Below are positions 1 through 9,194 of a stretch of 64,000 bases of DNA, piece after piece. The DNA lies in contig OZ025721.1 of NCBI GenBank assembly GCA_964019335.1, forward strand, positions 124,001 through 188,000, given 5' to 3'. This stretch comes from Diplonema japonicum. Taxonomy: Eukaryota; Protista; Euglenozoa: Diplonemea. Both the position numbers and the translations under genes were made by a program. Within the stretch, counting starts at the first letter, position 1, and each line of letters begins with the position of its first letter. The notes below the pieces were generated by a model. The model searched no databases. It was not told where the DNA came from and saw only the letters and a program-made list of their open reading frames with translations.

Positions 1-3000
1 TCACCCGCGGCCTGAGAAGGATGAAGACGCGCAGCGCGGCCGGGGAAGACGGAATCTTCTCGGAGATGCTCCTACACCTGAACTCGGACTCCCTCGGTGT
101 CCTCCTTCTACTCCTCAATCGCTCCTGGCTGATGGGTGTCGTCCCCGGTGCCTGGAAGAAGGGAGTGATCGTCCCGGTACCGAAACCTGGAAAAGATGCG
201 ACTCTCTTGGCTTCCTACCGGCCGATCTGCCTGACCAGCTGCCTCTGCAAGCTGCTGGAGAGGATGATCGAGGAGAGGCTCACGTTTCTTCTTGACGCGG
301 ACGGGACGGGAGTCGAGGGACTCCACGACAGCCAGGCTGGTTTCAGACGCGGCCGCTCCACGGAGGAGCAGGTGGCAACCCTCACTGAGTGCATGTCGAG
401 GAACAAAGACGATCGACGTCTCTCGGCCGCTCTGCTGTTCGACTTCTCTTCTGCCTTCGACCTGGTGCCCCATGGTGCCCTGCTGGACAAGATGCGAGGG
501 AAGGGTCTCCCCGAACCCTTCGTGGAGTGGACGCGGTCCTTTCTATGCGGCCGTACTGCTGCGGTCACGATTGGACGGTCGAGGGGGTCGACGACGAAGG
601 TGCGACGGGGTGTCCCCCAGGGCTCTGTCTTGGGTCCCATCCTGTACACCATCTACGTCGACGAACTCGCCAGGAGACTGGAGGGACTGGCGGATGTCTC
701 GGTGCTCTACGCCGACGACGTGGCGGTTGTGATCTCCTCTGGACAAGGGGACGTGGCTGGGCTGGAGCGGAAGGCGCAGGCAGTGGTGGATGCGGTTGAG
801 GACTGGTGCAGGGAGCGTGACATGCTGCTGAGCACGTCCAAGACGCAGGCAGTCTGCGTCCCCCCCCAGAAACGTCTCGGGGTCTACTTCACTTCGTCAC
901 GAGTCCCCCTTCAGCCAGGTGCCTTCCAGAACCCACTCTTCGGCCTGGGGGTGAACGCCGATGGCACGATCTCCGGGGACCAGGAGCTGGCGGGCCTTCA
1001 GGTTGTGGAGGCGGGTGGTGTGCGGATCCGCTGCGTGCGGGACATGCATGCAGCCGTGCGACGGCCCGACGTGGATTACGTTGCGGCCCGTCCCCTGCCT
1101 CTATCTGAACACGCGAGGTACCTTGGGGTTACGGTGGACTCTGGGCTCACGTTCGGTGAACACGCACAGGACATCCTACGGCGGGCCAGCAAAAGGCTGA
1201 GGGTGCTGAAGCTCTTGTCCGGCACGTCCTGGGGCAGCAAGAGGGACACTCTGCGGTCTCTCTACGTTACGTACATCCTCCCGCTGCTGCGCTACTGCAT
1301 GGGGGTCTACTACAGCAGGCTCGATGATGTCGGGAGGAAGGACCTGGCTGGGCTTCACCAGGAGGCGGCGGTGCTGATCACGGGCTGCTGGAGTGGCTCC
1401 GGAGGGTACAAGCTCCTAGCTGAGGCAGGACTGCTTCCCCTCGAAAGAATGGCGGAGGGTGCTGCGGCGACGATGACGGCGAAGGCCTTCTGCTGGCAGT
1501 CTTCCCCGGTTCACAGGGAGACGGTCAAGCTGAAGCAGGCGAACAGGCTGGGGTGTGGGTGGCTGCGCTCTGGCTACCAAGCACTGCGTCGATGCGGGTT
1601 GGAACCAAAGGTGCACTTCGAGTACCTGTCGGCTACGCCCCTGGCGGCCCCGTGGCAGACAGGCATGGTCGACTTCAGGACTGACCTCCCCGGCGGGGTC
1701 ACGCGATCGTCGCCAGACGCGGACAGGCGGAAGGCGGCCGAGGCTGCTCTTGCGGCTCTCCCCCCGGGCATCCATGCCTACACGGATGGCTCGGTTGTAC
1801 AGGTCGGACAGAAGGCGAAAGGTGGCTCTGGGGTTTATCTGCAGCTGCCTCCCCCCCTGACCCCTGTGTCTGTGTGCCATGGCGTCAACGACTTCTGTTC
1901 ATCCTTTCGGGCAGAGGGCATGGCTGTGAAAACGGCACTGGATATGGTGGCCACCCTCCGAAAAACACACCCTTCGCTGGCGAAGTCCCCGCTGTCGATC
2001 TGCACCGACTCCCTCTCCCTCGTCGAGCAGCTGCGAGCTGGCCCAACGCGACAGAGGGAGAAGCTCGACCACCAGACGTGGAGCCGGCTGGTGTCCGCGG
2101 CGCGCACGCAGGGGACACCGGTGGTCCTCCAGTTTGTGCCCTCCCACTGTGGGGTGGACGGGAACGAGAAGGCTGACGCTCTGGCCGGGGAGGGAACGAA
2201 GCGGAAGCAGGACAGGCCCTCCCTTGACTACCGATCAGTGAGGGCCCTGGTGCGACGGTGGGTGGTGCGGAGGTCCGCGGAGCTCATAACATCCCTCGCC
2301 CACAACTACGCGGTGGCGACCGAGCTTCGGTCTGCGCACTTCCCCCTTGGCTTCCCCAGACAAGCTGAAACGGTCATCTCGCGGCTGCGGATTGGTCACT
2401 CGGCTCTCTTCTTCGGCTTCCTGCAGACTGCTGGCCCGAACAGGAAGCACAAGGGTGTGCTCCGGTGCCCAGCCTGCCACGCAGCACCGATGTCCAGGGA
2501 GCATGTTGTCGGTGGGTGCCCTGTGATCGGGAGGGGGGCGATCGACACTCCTGCTGGTACTCCCTCCCTAGCGTTCTCCCTGTCGAGACGCGTGACCCAG
2601 ATCTACGACCTCATTGTTGAGTCTGGCCTGCTCGCCTGGTCACGCTCCGGACTGTTCACCTCGCCATCATCCCTGGCGTCTACAGACGTCACTGCACCTT
2701 CAAACGTGCCACCCCCTCCTCCGGTCTCTCTTGACGCCGGTCCCGCGGCCCCCGTGCTGCGCTAAGGGATCGCCCGCGTGTGTGTAAAGTGAAATGTTGT
2801 GTTTTCCACTTTCCTTTCCCTTCCTTTCCCTTCCTTCACCTTCCTCTCACTGTTTCCCATTTCCCCTTTTTTTTTTATTTTCACACTCACCAATGATTCG
2901 CTCAATAGGAGCAATACCTCCCTGGGGGGCTTTCCGCCGGAGGTTCCAGCCAAAGAAGGACATCCAGCTGGAAGGTAGGCCCCCGTTTTTCTCTCACTTG

Positions 3001-3216
3001 ACTGAGGGAATAATGTAATTCAGCCCTCTTCGGCTGTCCCAAAGCAGAGCACGGGTTGGTGGGGGACCAGGGCTCCTCCTGCTTGCAGAAGCCTGGTCCA
3101 TTGCCCTCCCTATTTCCCCATGGTTTCCCTTCACCTTTTTTTCCCCTTTTCTCAGGTGTTGCTCTCCATGGCGGCCCTGCATTGGTATTTTGAAAAAAAA
3201 AAAAAAAAAAAAAAAA
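1..3216 (+). mobile_element. Non-LTR retrotransposon family A, copy 1 (Ingi/I-group-like), 5' part outside window; poly(A) tail ends 7 nt before tRNA-His
   Basis: RT/RNase H ORF, 3' UTR and A-tail 3193-3216; nearly identical to 10578-13785. Confidence 0.95.
21..2765 (+). CDS. Family A ORF2, C-terminal part: reverse transcriptase + RNase H + CCHC knuckle
   Basis: YRPICLTS, QAGFR, GVPQGSVLGP, YADD, YLGV; RNase H YTDGS...AE...TDS...VPSHCGVDGNEKAD; CPAC...H...C. Frame continues upstream of window. Confidence 0.95.
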   Translation: MKTRSAAGEDGIFSEMLLHLNSDSLGVLLLLLNRSWLMGVVPGAWKKGVIVPVPKPGKDATLLASYRPICLTSCLCKLLERMIEERLTFLLDADGTGVEGLHDSQAGFRRGRSTEEQVATLTECMSRNKDDRRLSAALLFDFSSAFDLVPHGALLDKMRGKGLPEPFVEWTRSFLCGRTAAVTIGRSRGSTTKVRRGVPQGSVLGPILYTIYVDELARRLEGLADVSVLYADDVAVVISSGQGDVAGLERKAQAVVDAVEDWCRERDMLLSTSKTQAVCVPPQKRLGVYFTSSRVPLQPGAFQNPLFGLGVNADGTISGDQELAGLQVVEAGGVRIRCVRDMHAAVRRPDVDYVAARPLPLSEHARYLGVTVDSGLTFGEHAQDILRRASKRLRVLKLLSGTSWGSKRDTLRSLYVTYILPLLRYCMGVYYSRLDDVGRKDLAGLHQEAAVLITGCWSGSGGYKLLAEAGLLPLERMAEGAAATMTAKAFCWQSSPVHRETVKLKQANRLGCGWLRSGYQALRRCGLEPKVHFEYLSATPLAAPWQTGMVDFRTDLPGGVTRSSPDADRRKAAEAALAALPPGIHAYTDGSVVQVGQKAKGGSGVYLQLPPPLTPVSVCHGVNDFCSSFRAEGMAVKTALDMVATLRKTHPSLAKSPLSICTDSLSLVEQLRAGPTRQREKLDHQTWSRLVSAARTQGTPVVLQFVPSHCGVDGNEKADALAGEGTKRKQDRPSLDYRSVRALVRRWVVRRSAELITSLAHNYAVATELRSAHFPLGFPRQAETVISRLRIGHSALFFGFLQTAGPNRKHKGVLRCPACHAAPMSREHVVGGCPVIGRGAIDTPAGTPSLAFSLSRRVTQIYDLIVESGLLAWSRSGLFTSPSSLASTDVTAPSNVPPPPPVSLDAGPAAPVLR

Positions 3217-3223
3217 TTCCGAA

Positions 3224-3295
3224 GCGGTTTTCGTATAGTGGTTAGTACACTTCGTTGTGGCCGAAGAAACCCGAGTTCGATTCTCGGAAGCCGCT
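3224..3295 (+). tRNA. tRNA-His (GTG)
   Basis: Acceptor GCGGTTT/AAGCCGC, anticodon arm CTTCG-TTGTGGC-CGAAG, T-loop GTTCGATTC, T-run terminator follows. Confidence 0.93.
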
Positions 3296-3376
3296 TATTT
3301 TTTTTCTTCCAGAGAGATCATGTTAATCGGTAGTGTGAGTGAGTGTGTGAAAGGAAGTTATTCGGCCGCACAAAAT

Positions 3377-3923
3377 CTCGTCCGGCATCATCCGGCGTCT
3401 GGCCTTCTCTTACCAGTATGCCCGTCCCCCCCCCTTTAAACTTTGTGCCCTGACATTGTAGTCAAAAACGGATGGCCCGGCCTACTCTGAAGTTGCCCTG
3501 ATGAGTCCTCTCATCTTCGCACGAACGAGTGTGGTACAGCCATCCCCTCCCCCTGCCAGCCGGAGTGCAGCGGGGAGAGCAAATACTTCCCGTATCATCC
3601 CCATGTGCACACGCACACTCGCTTCCCCTTTTGATTTTGAGAGATTTTACTCTCTCCCTTTCATGTTTCGCTCAATGGAGCAATCGGCTGGTGGGGTGCC
3701 GAGGGACGTTGAAGGTGGGCACAGTTGCGAACGCTGGGAGCCCCCGGGCCTGCCCACCTCCCGCCTCGGTACGTATGGATAGTTGTGGGAGGGTTTTCTT
3801 TAAACTTTTACAAAAAAATTGTCACCCCTCTTGTTCACTTGCAGGGTGCTCTTCAGGCCTCCTGCCCTGTCCCTCCCCCCCAGCCTTTAGCTTTGCACAA
3901 CAGTGGTACATTTATTATTATTA
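3377..3923 (+). mobile_element. 5'-truncated retroposon 3' end with (TTA)n tail
   Basis: 3388-3683 matches the family B 3' UTR (7305-7629) but the distal part differs; ACAAAAT at 3370-3376 and 5679-5685 brackets it together with the nested piggyBac. Confidence 0.7.
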
Positions 3924-3927
3924 TTAA

Positions 3928-5673
3928 CCATTAAAGGACGAAGCGCTAGATATCTAGCGATCAAAAAAATAAAATTTTTGTATAGGCATTTTAAGTACCA
4001 TAGACCCTTACCCTTGCACAGAATGACCTAGTTCCGCGATTTCTTTTCCATCGAAAATCACTTTTGGCCCCTAGATTAACCTCCAAAAACACCCTCGAAA
4101 CCAGTTTTTGGTGGCACGAAAGCTCATATGAGCAGTACTGATTCAGACGAGTTCGGGAGTGCCTAAGGGGACATTCTCACTGACGATGGGACCTGCCAGT
4201 AGTGACGAGAAGAGTGAAAATATGCCCTGTGAGAGCGATATTACGCAGGTTACGCGTAAGAAGTGACAGGGCACAGGGGGGCAGAAATCACCCTTTTCCC
4301 ACATGAGTGCATCAAGGATTTCCAAGCTGTTCATCTCAATGGGTTTGTGAAATCTCTTTGCACCGTTTGCAAGTACCACAACCCCGACTTTGACTTCACT
4401 GTAGACGATATCTATCAGTTTGTGGCCTTGTGGGTGCTCATGGACATCATCCGCAAGGCTGGCATAAAAGATTACTGGCCGACCATTTGTGCCCTCGCCA
4501 CACCTTTTTTTGGCAAGTGTATCGTGATCACTGCAGAAACACCAATGCTTATGATGCCAAAAAAGGACAACATGGCAACCAGAATGTCTCGGCGGCGGAG
4601 CTCTGCTTCGAGCTTCTTGTCCTGCAGCTCGAGCGCGACAATGAAAGCTCTTACAACGTTCTCCCATATCTCCTGCGGTGCCTTCAATGGCGTCTTGCTT
4701 GACATGAAGTGAACGTCGTGCTCAGTCTGAAAGCGCACCCCACGTGACTTGTCGATGCCACTATTCGTGTCCGCCTGGTGGATGGCTCGGCATCGGTAGC
4801 GTTCCCCTTGTACCCCGGCATCGATAACTTCTATACTGGCGTTACCCTTGTACAACAGATGTGGGAATCGGGTTTGTGGTGGAAACAATCCGAGGAAAGT
4901 CCAGTCAATGGTGGTAACAATCCGAAGAAAACCGCCAGAATGTACCTAATCTTGCCCCAGTGAAGAAGCAAGTAGGCCCAGGCAGGCCCAAAAACGGGTT
5001 CGCGATGAGCGACAACAGCTTTTCGACTGTTATGCGCCAGTCCGGAAACAACCGCCCAGCAAGCACCCGTTCTGAAATGGGGACCGAGGGGCCCAGGGAA
5101 GATGCCAGGCGCGACTTCACCAAAGGTCACTGGTCTAAAAAACTGGATGCAGCAAGACAATGCACATACCACATGCGTGTTTTGGGGGTCCGGGTGCAAA
5201 CTATCTTCATCTGCAAGGCTTGTAACGTGCATCTGTGCCCAGCTTGCTTTGCCGACTATCACGAACCAGTGGTTTACCCACCCCAATCTACCCCCTCTGG
5301 AGGTCCGGCCACACCGAAGGAACGCCTAAGGTACCAGCGTCTCCAAACACATACCCTTCTCCCCAGGTCGTCATCTGAGCCAAGTCCCAAAGCAAAACCC
5401 CCCCTAGCACTCCGAGGCCCAAGCGAAAAAAGTAAGGAAGTGTCTAACCTATGGGTGGGTTTTTACAATAAATTTCACTTCAATTCCTTATTCTATTCAC
5501 TTCCCAGGGCCTTTGAGGGGCGTCTGGGGGTGTTTTTTGTCCCTCCTGGGTGATGTATTTTCTTTTACACAAGCGTCGTTCTATGGTTGCATGCTCGAGG
5601 ATGTTTTAATTTTAGAAAATAAAAAAGTCGATGGTGACCTTTTTTTTGCCCAAAAACCCCCATCCTTTAATAG
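3928..5673 (+). mobile_element. Defective piggyBac-like DNA transposon
   Basis: TTAA at 3924-3927 and 5674-5677; imperfect TIR CCATTAAAGGACG/CATCCTTTAATAG; transposase fragments (IYQFVALWVLMDIIRKAGIKDYW..ATPFFGK, DNFYTG, C-terminal CKACNVHLCPACFADYH). Confidence 0.88.
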
Positions 5674-5755
5674 TTAAAACAAAATTGGAGAGATAATAAG
5701 AGCTCAGAAAAGCTCATATGCACAGAGAAGTTTATTGACGGTACGGAATTTCGTC

Positions 5756-7931
5756 GGCGAAGTATCTTGGGGTCACTGTAGACTCTGGGCTCACGTTTGA
5801 CGAGCATGCGGGGGATGTCCTGAAGCGCGCTGACAAGAGGCTGAGGGTTCTAAGGCTCCTGGCTCAGGGACAGCAGGGTGGAGGAGCTTGTTGGGCTCCA
5901 CCAGAGAGCGGCGGTGCTGATCTCGGGTTGTTGGCACGGCTCGGGCACGGCGAAGGTTGTTGCTGAGGCAGGTCTGCTACCCCTCCGACAGATGGCTGAG
6001 GGAGCTGCGGCAGTGTTGACGGCGAAGTCGTTCTGCTGGAGGACCTCCCCGGTTCACCGCGAGGTCCTTGAAGCGGATGACCGGTATGGGCAATGGGTGG
6101 CTGCGTGCGGGAATCCTTGCGCTACGACGCTGCGGACTGCAGGGATGGACGACGCAGGAAGGCTTTAGGAAGTACGACACCTTCGAGCTACTGACTGCCT
6201 CGCCCAAAGTAGCACCGTGGCACGCGATCCTAGTGGAGTTCAGAACTGCCCTTCCCGGCAGGGTTACGCGTTCGTCGCCGGACGTGGATAAGCGGAAGGC
6301 GGCCGTGGAGGCTCTGGCTGCCCTTCCACCGGGTATCCATGCCTATACGGATGGTTCTGTCGTACGGGACCGCCAGAGGTGGAGGGGCGGCGCCGGGGTC
6401 TTCTTGCAGCTCCCCCGCCCCCACGAACCCGTGTCCGAGAGCTTCGGCGTCAGCAATTTCTGCTCTTCCTTTCGGGCGGAGGGTCTGGCTGTCAAGGTGG
6501 CTCTGGACATGGTGGCCGCGCTCCGGAGCGAGCACCCCACGTTGGCAGACAGCCGGCTGTCGATCTGTACCGACTCGCTCTCTCTCCTTGATCAGCTGAG
6601 GGCAGGTCCTTCACGGCAGAGGGAGAGGCTCGACCACGAGACCTGGGAGCTGCTGGTGGCCGCGGCACGTGCGCAAGGTGCACCAGTCATTCTCCAGTTT
6701 GTGCCGTCCCACTGCGGGGTTCCTGGCAACGAGGCGGCAGACAGGCTGGCCGGGGAGGGCACGAAGCGCGAGCTGACTCGCCCCTCTCTCGACTACAGGT
6801 CGGTCAGGGCCCTGGTCCGTCGCCAGATTCAGCAGAGGTCTGCGGTCATTGTCGGGGAGGTGGCCCCGAGGTACGCGAGGGCCACGGGGCTCCGAGCGGC
6901 GTGCTTCCCCCAGTCCCTCCCCAGGCTAGCGGAGACGGTCATCTCGCGGCTGAGGGTAGGGCACTCCGCTCTCTTCTTCGGCTTCCTGCAGGCGGCTGGA
7001 CCGAACAGGAAGAAGGCTGAGCTCAGCTGTCCAGCGTGTGGAGCACAGATGTCCAGGGAGCACGTTGTTGGGGGGTGCGCTGTGGTTGGACGGGGTTCGC
7101 TCGACGCTCCCCCGCAGGTACCGCTGCCCCTTCGCTCATCCCGCCCCCGCCGGCTGTCTCCCTTGACGCCGGCCCTGCGGCCCCCGTGTTGCGCTGAAGT
7201 GAGTAGGGTGAGATCAACTTTTCAATACTTTTAGTGTTTACGTTCCCTTCCCTTCTCTTCCACTTCCTCTCATCCTTTTCTTACCTTACTTACGTTATCA
7301 TCATCATCCGGCGTCTGGCCTTCTCTTACCAGTATGCCCGTCCCCCTTTAAACTTTAAAAATTTAAAATTAACATCCTCTTGTTGTCGTGTGTTTTGACA
7401 TTGTAGTCAAAAACGGATGGCCCGGCCTACTCTGAAGTTGCCCTGATGAGTCCTCTCATCTTCGCACGAACGAGTGTGGTACGGCCATCCCCTCCCCCCG
7501 CCAGCCGGAGTGCAGCGGGGAGAGCAAATGCTTCCCCTATCATCCCCATGCGCACACGCACACTCGCTTCCCCTTTTGATTTTGAGAGATTTTACTCTCA
7601 CCCTTTCATGTTTCGCTCAATGGAGCAATTCCTCTCGAGGGGGCGACCGGGGCCAGTTCCGGTCACCAGAGGTCCCAGTTGAGAAAAACTACGAACTGGA
7701 GTCAAGGTCCCCGTCCGAGTCACGTAGGTCTACGCGGCTTGGAATTGAAGTAATTCAGCCCTCTTCGGCTGTTCCAAACGGTGCACGGGTTGGCGGAGTC
7801 CACAGCTCCATCTGATTGCAGAAGAACTGGTCTTCGCCCTCCCTGTAATATTTCCATGCTTCCCTTCACCTTTCCCCTTCCCAGGTGTTGCTCCCCCATG
7901 GTGGCACCTATTGGTATTTTGAAAAAAAAAA
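5756..7931 (+). pseudogene. 5'-truncated, internally deleted copy of retrotransposon family B
   Basis: Near-identical to reverse complement of 20759-23149 with deletions near 5861, 6071 and 7114; A-tail 7922-7931; preceded by GGAATTTCGTC 5745-5755. Confidence 0.92.
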
Positions 7932-7937
7932 GGAATT

Positions 7938-7955
7938 ATTATTATTATTATTATT
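7938..7955 (+). mobile_element. Tail-only (ATT)6 insertion, probably abortive family C event
   Basis: Flanked by direct repeat AAAAGGAATT (7928-7937, 7956-7965); same tail type and target as family C. Confidence 0.65.
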
Positions 7956-7976
7956 AAAAGGAATTTCGTCTCCATC

Positions 7977-9053
7977 GTGGCGGAAGGGAGGGCGGATGCC
8001 TTTCGGATTGCGGGGACGCTGGGTGGGTTGTCTCTCGGGGTGGCGCACCGTAAGGGATGGACTGTGCGGTGCCTACCGGAGACGGAACAGCGGCTCCGGG
8101 AAACCCTCGCAAAACTGCGTACGAAGCGCAAGTTTTTGCTCACCGGGGCCCCGCCGTCCATCACCAGGGCGGCCTTCGACGAAGTGATGGACCACATCGG
8201 TTGGAAACCATCCTCCGTCCTGCGACGCACGCAGACGATGTTCCAGGGCACGAGGCAACTCGTGTTCTTCATCGTCGTCGACAGCCCGCCCCCGAAGTCC
8301 AGGACGTGGCTCCTTGGGGGGCGCCTTGTCTGTCTCCGTGATGCGGACGACCACCCGACCGTCAAGCCGCCCCCTCTCATCAACAGGACGACACCTGCAT
8401 CTGCACCTGCGCTTGCAACGTCCTCGACCCCGGCACCCACATCTTCTCATGTACCTGCACCTGCGCCTACTACACCTGTACCTGACCCGGCACCTGTATC
8501 GGCGTCGACACCCTCGGAGACTGGCCCTGCGGTGAAAGCAACTGGGCTTCCTCCCACCAGCCCGTGGGCGTCCATACCGAGCTCGGTGGCTCCCCCCCAG
8601 CTCGACACTGTGACGTCCCCTACACCGCCCCGCAACGTGTCTGCGGGAAACAAGGAGGGAGTCCCTTCCGGGTCGCCTGAGGTCGCCGCTCTCACTGAGC
8701 TCGTCGCCACGCTGAAGGAGTCGATCGTCGGGCTGCAGAGGACGATCGACTCTCAGCAGGAGATGATCTCCGATCTGCGGACGACGCTCCGCCTCCTCCT
8801 GCCGCAGGCGGCCACGCTGACGACGGGAACGGCAGTGCCGCGGGACCCTACACCGGGGGCGACGACGACACACGACAGTGTCTGGAAAGGGAAGGGGAAG
8901 GGGAAGAAGGGGGCTCCTCCTCTCGCTACGACCTCTGAGGCTGCGGTGACGAACCTGGGTACGAGGGGGCGGGCCAGGTCGTTCGCGGAGACCAAAGATC
9001 TCTTCACCAATGGGGTCAAGGGGCGCTCTGCCTCCATGGGTCCATCCAATTGA
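7977..9053 (+). CDS. Family A ORF1 (gag-like), N-terminally truncated
   Basis: Homologous to C-terminal half of 25793-27943; Pro/Thr-rich linker, coiled coil, KGKGK basic patch. Confidence 0.8.
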   Translation: MAEGRADAFRIAGTLGGLSLGVAHRKGWTVRCLPETEQRLRETLAKLRTKRKFLLTGAPPSITRAAFDEVMDHIGWKPSSVLRRTQTMFQGTRQLVFFIVVDSPPPKSRTWLLGGRLVCLRDADDHPTVKPPPLINRTTPASAPALATSSTPAPTSSHVPAPAPTTPVPDPAPVSASTPSETGPAVKATGLPPTSPWASIPSSVAPPQLDTVTSPTPPRNVSAGNKEGVPSGSPEVAALTELVATLKESIVGLQRTIDSQQEMISDLRTTLRLLLPQAATLTTGTAVPRDPTPGATTTHDSVWKGKGKGKKGAPPLATTSEAAVTNLGTRGRARSFAETKDLFTNGVKGRSASMGPSN

Positions 9054-9194
9054 AGGGGCCCCGCAGAACAGGGGGAGCAGCAGATCTACGACCATGCTCC
9101 CTCTCCTAGTCTCCCTCGCATCCTCCCCAGGAGACTCCTACCTCTCTGTTTCTTCACCGACTTTTCTGCACTGATCCCCACCCTACTCGGGAGG

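Noticed and set aside
3498-3530. CTGATGAG suggesting a hammerhead ribozyme in UTR module Y
   Set aside because: No GAAA after a stem II, and the intact family B copy reads CAGATGAG.
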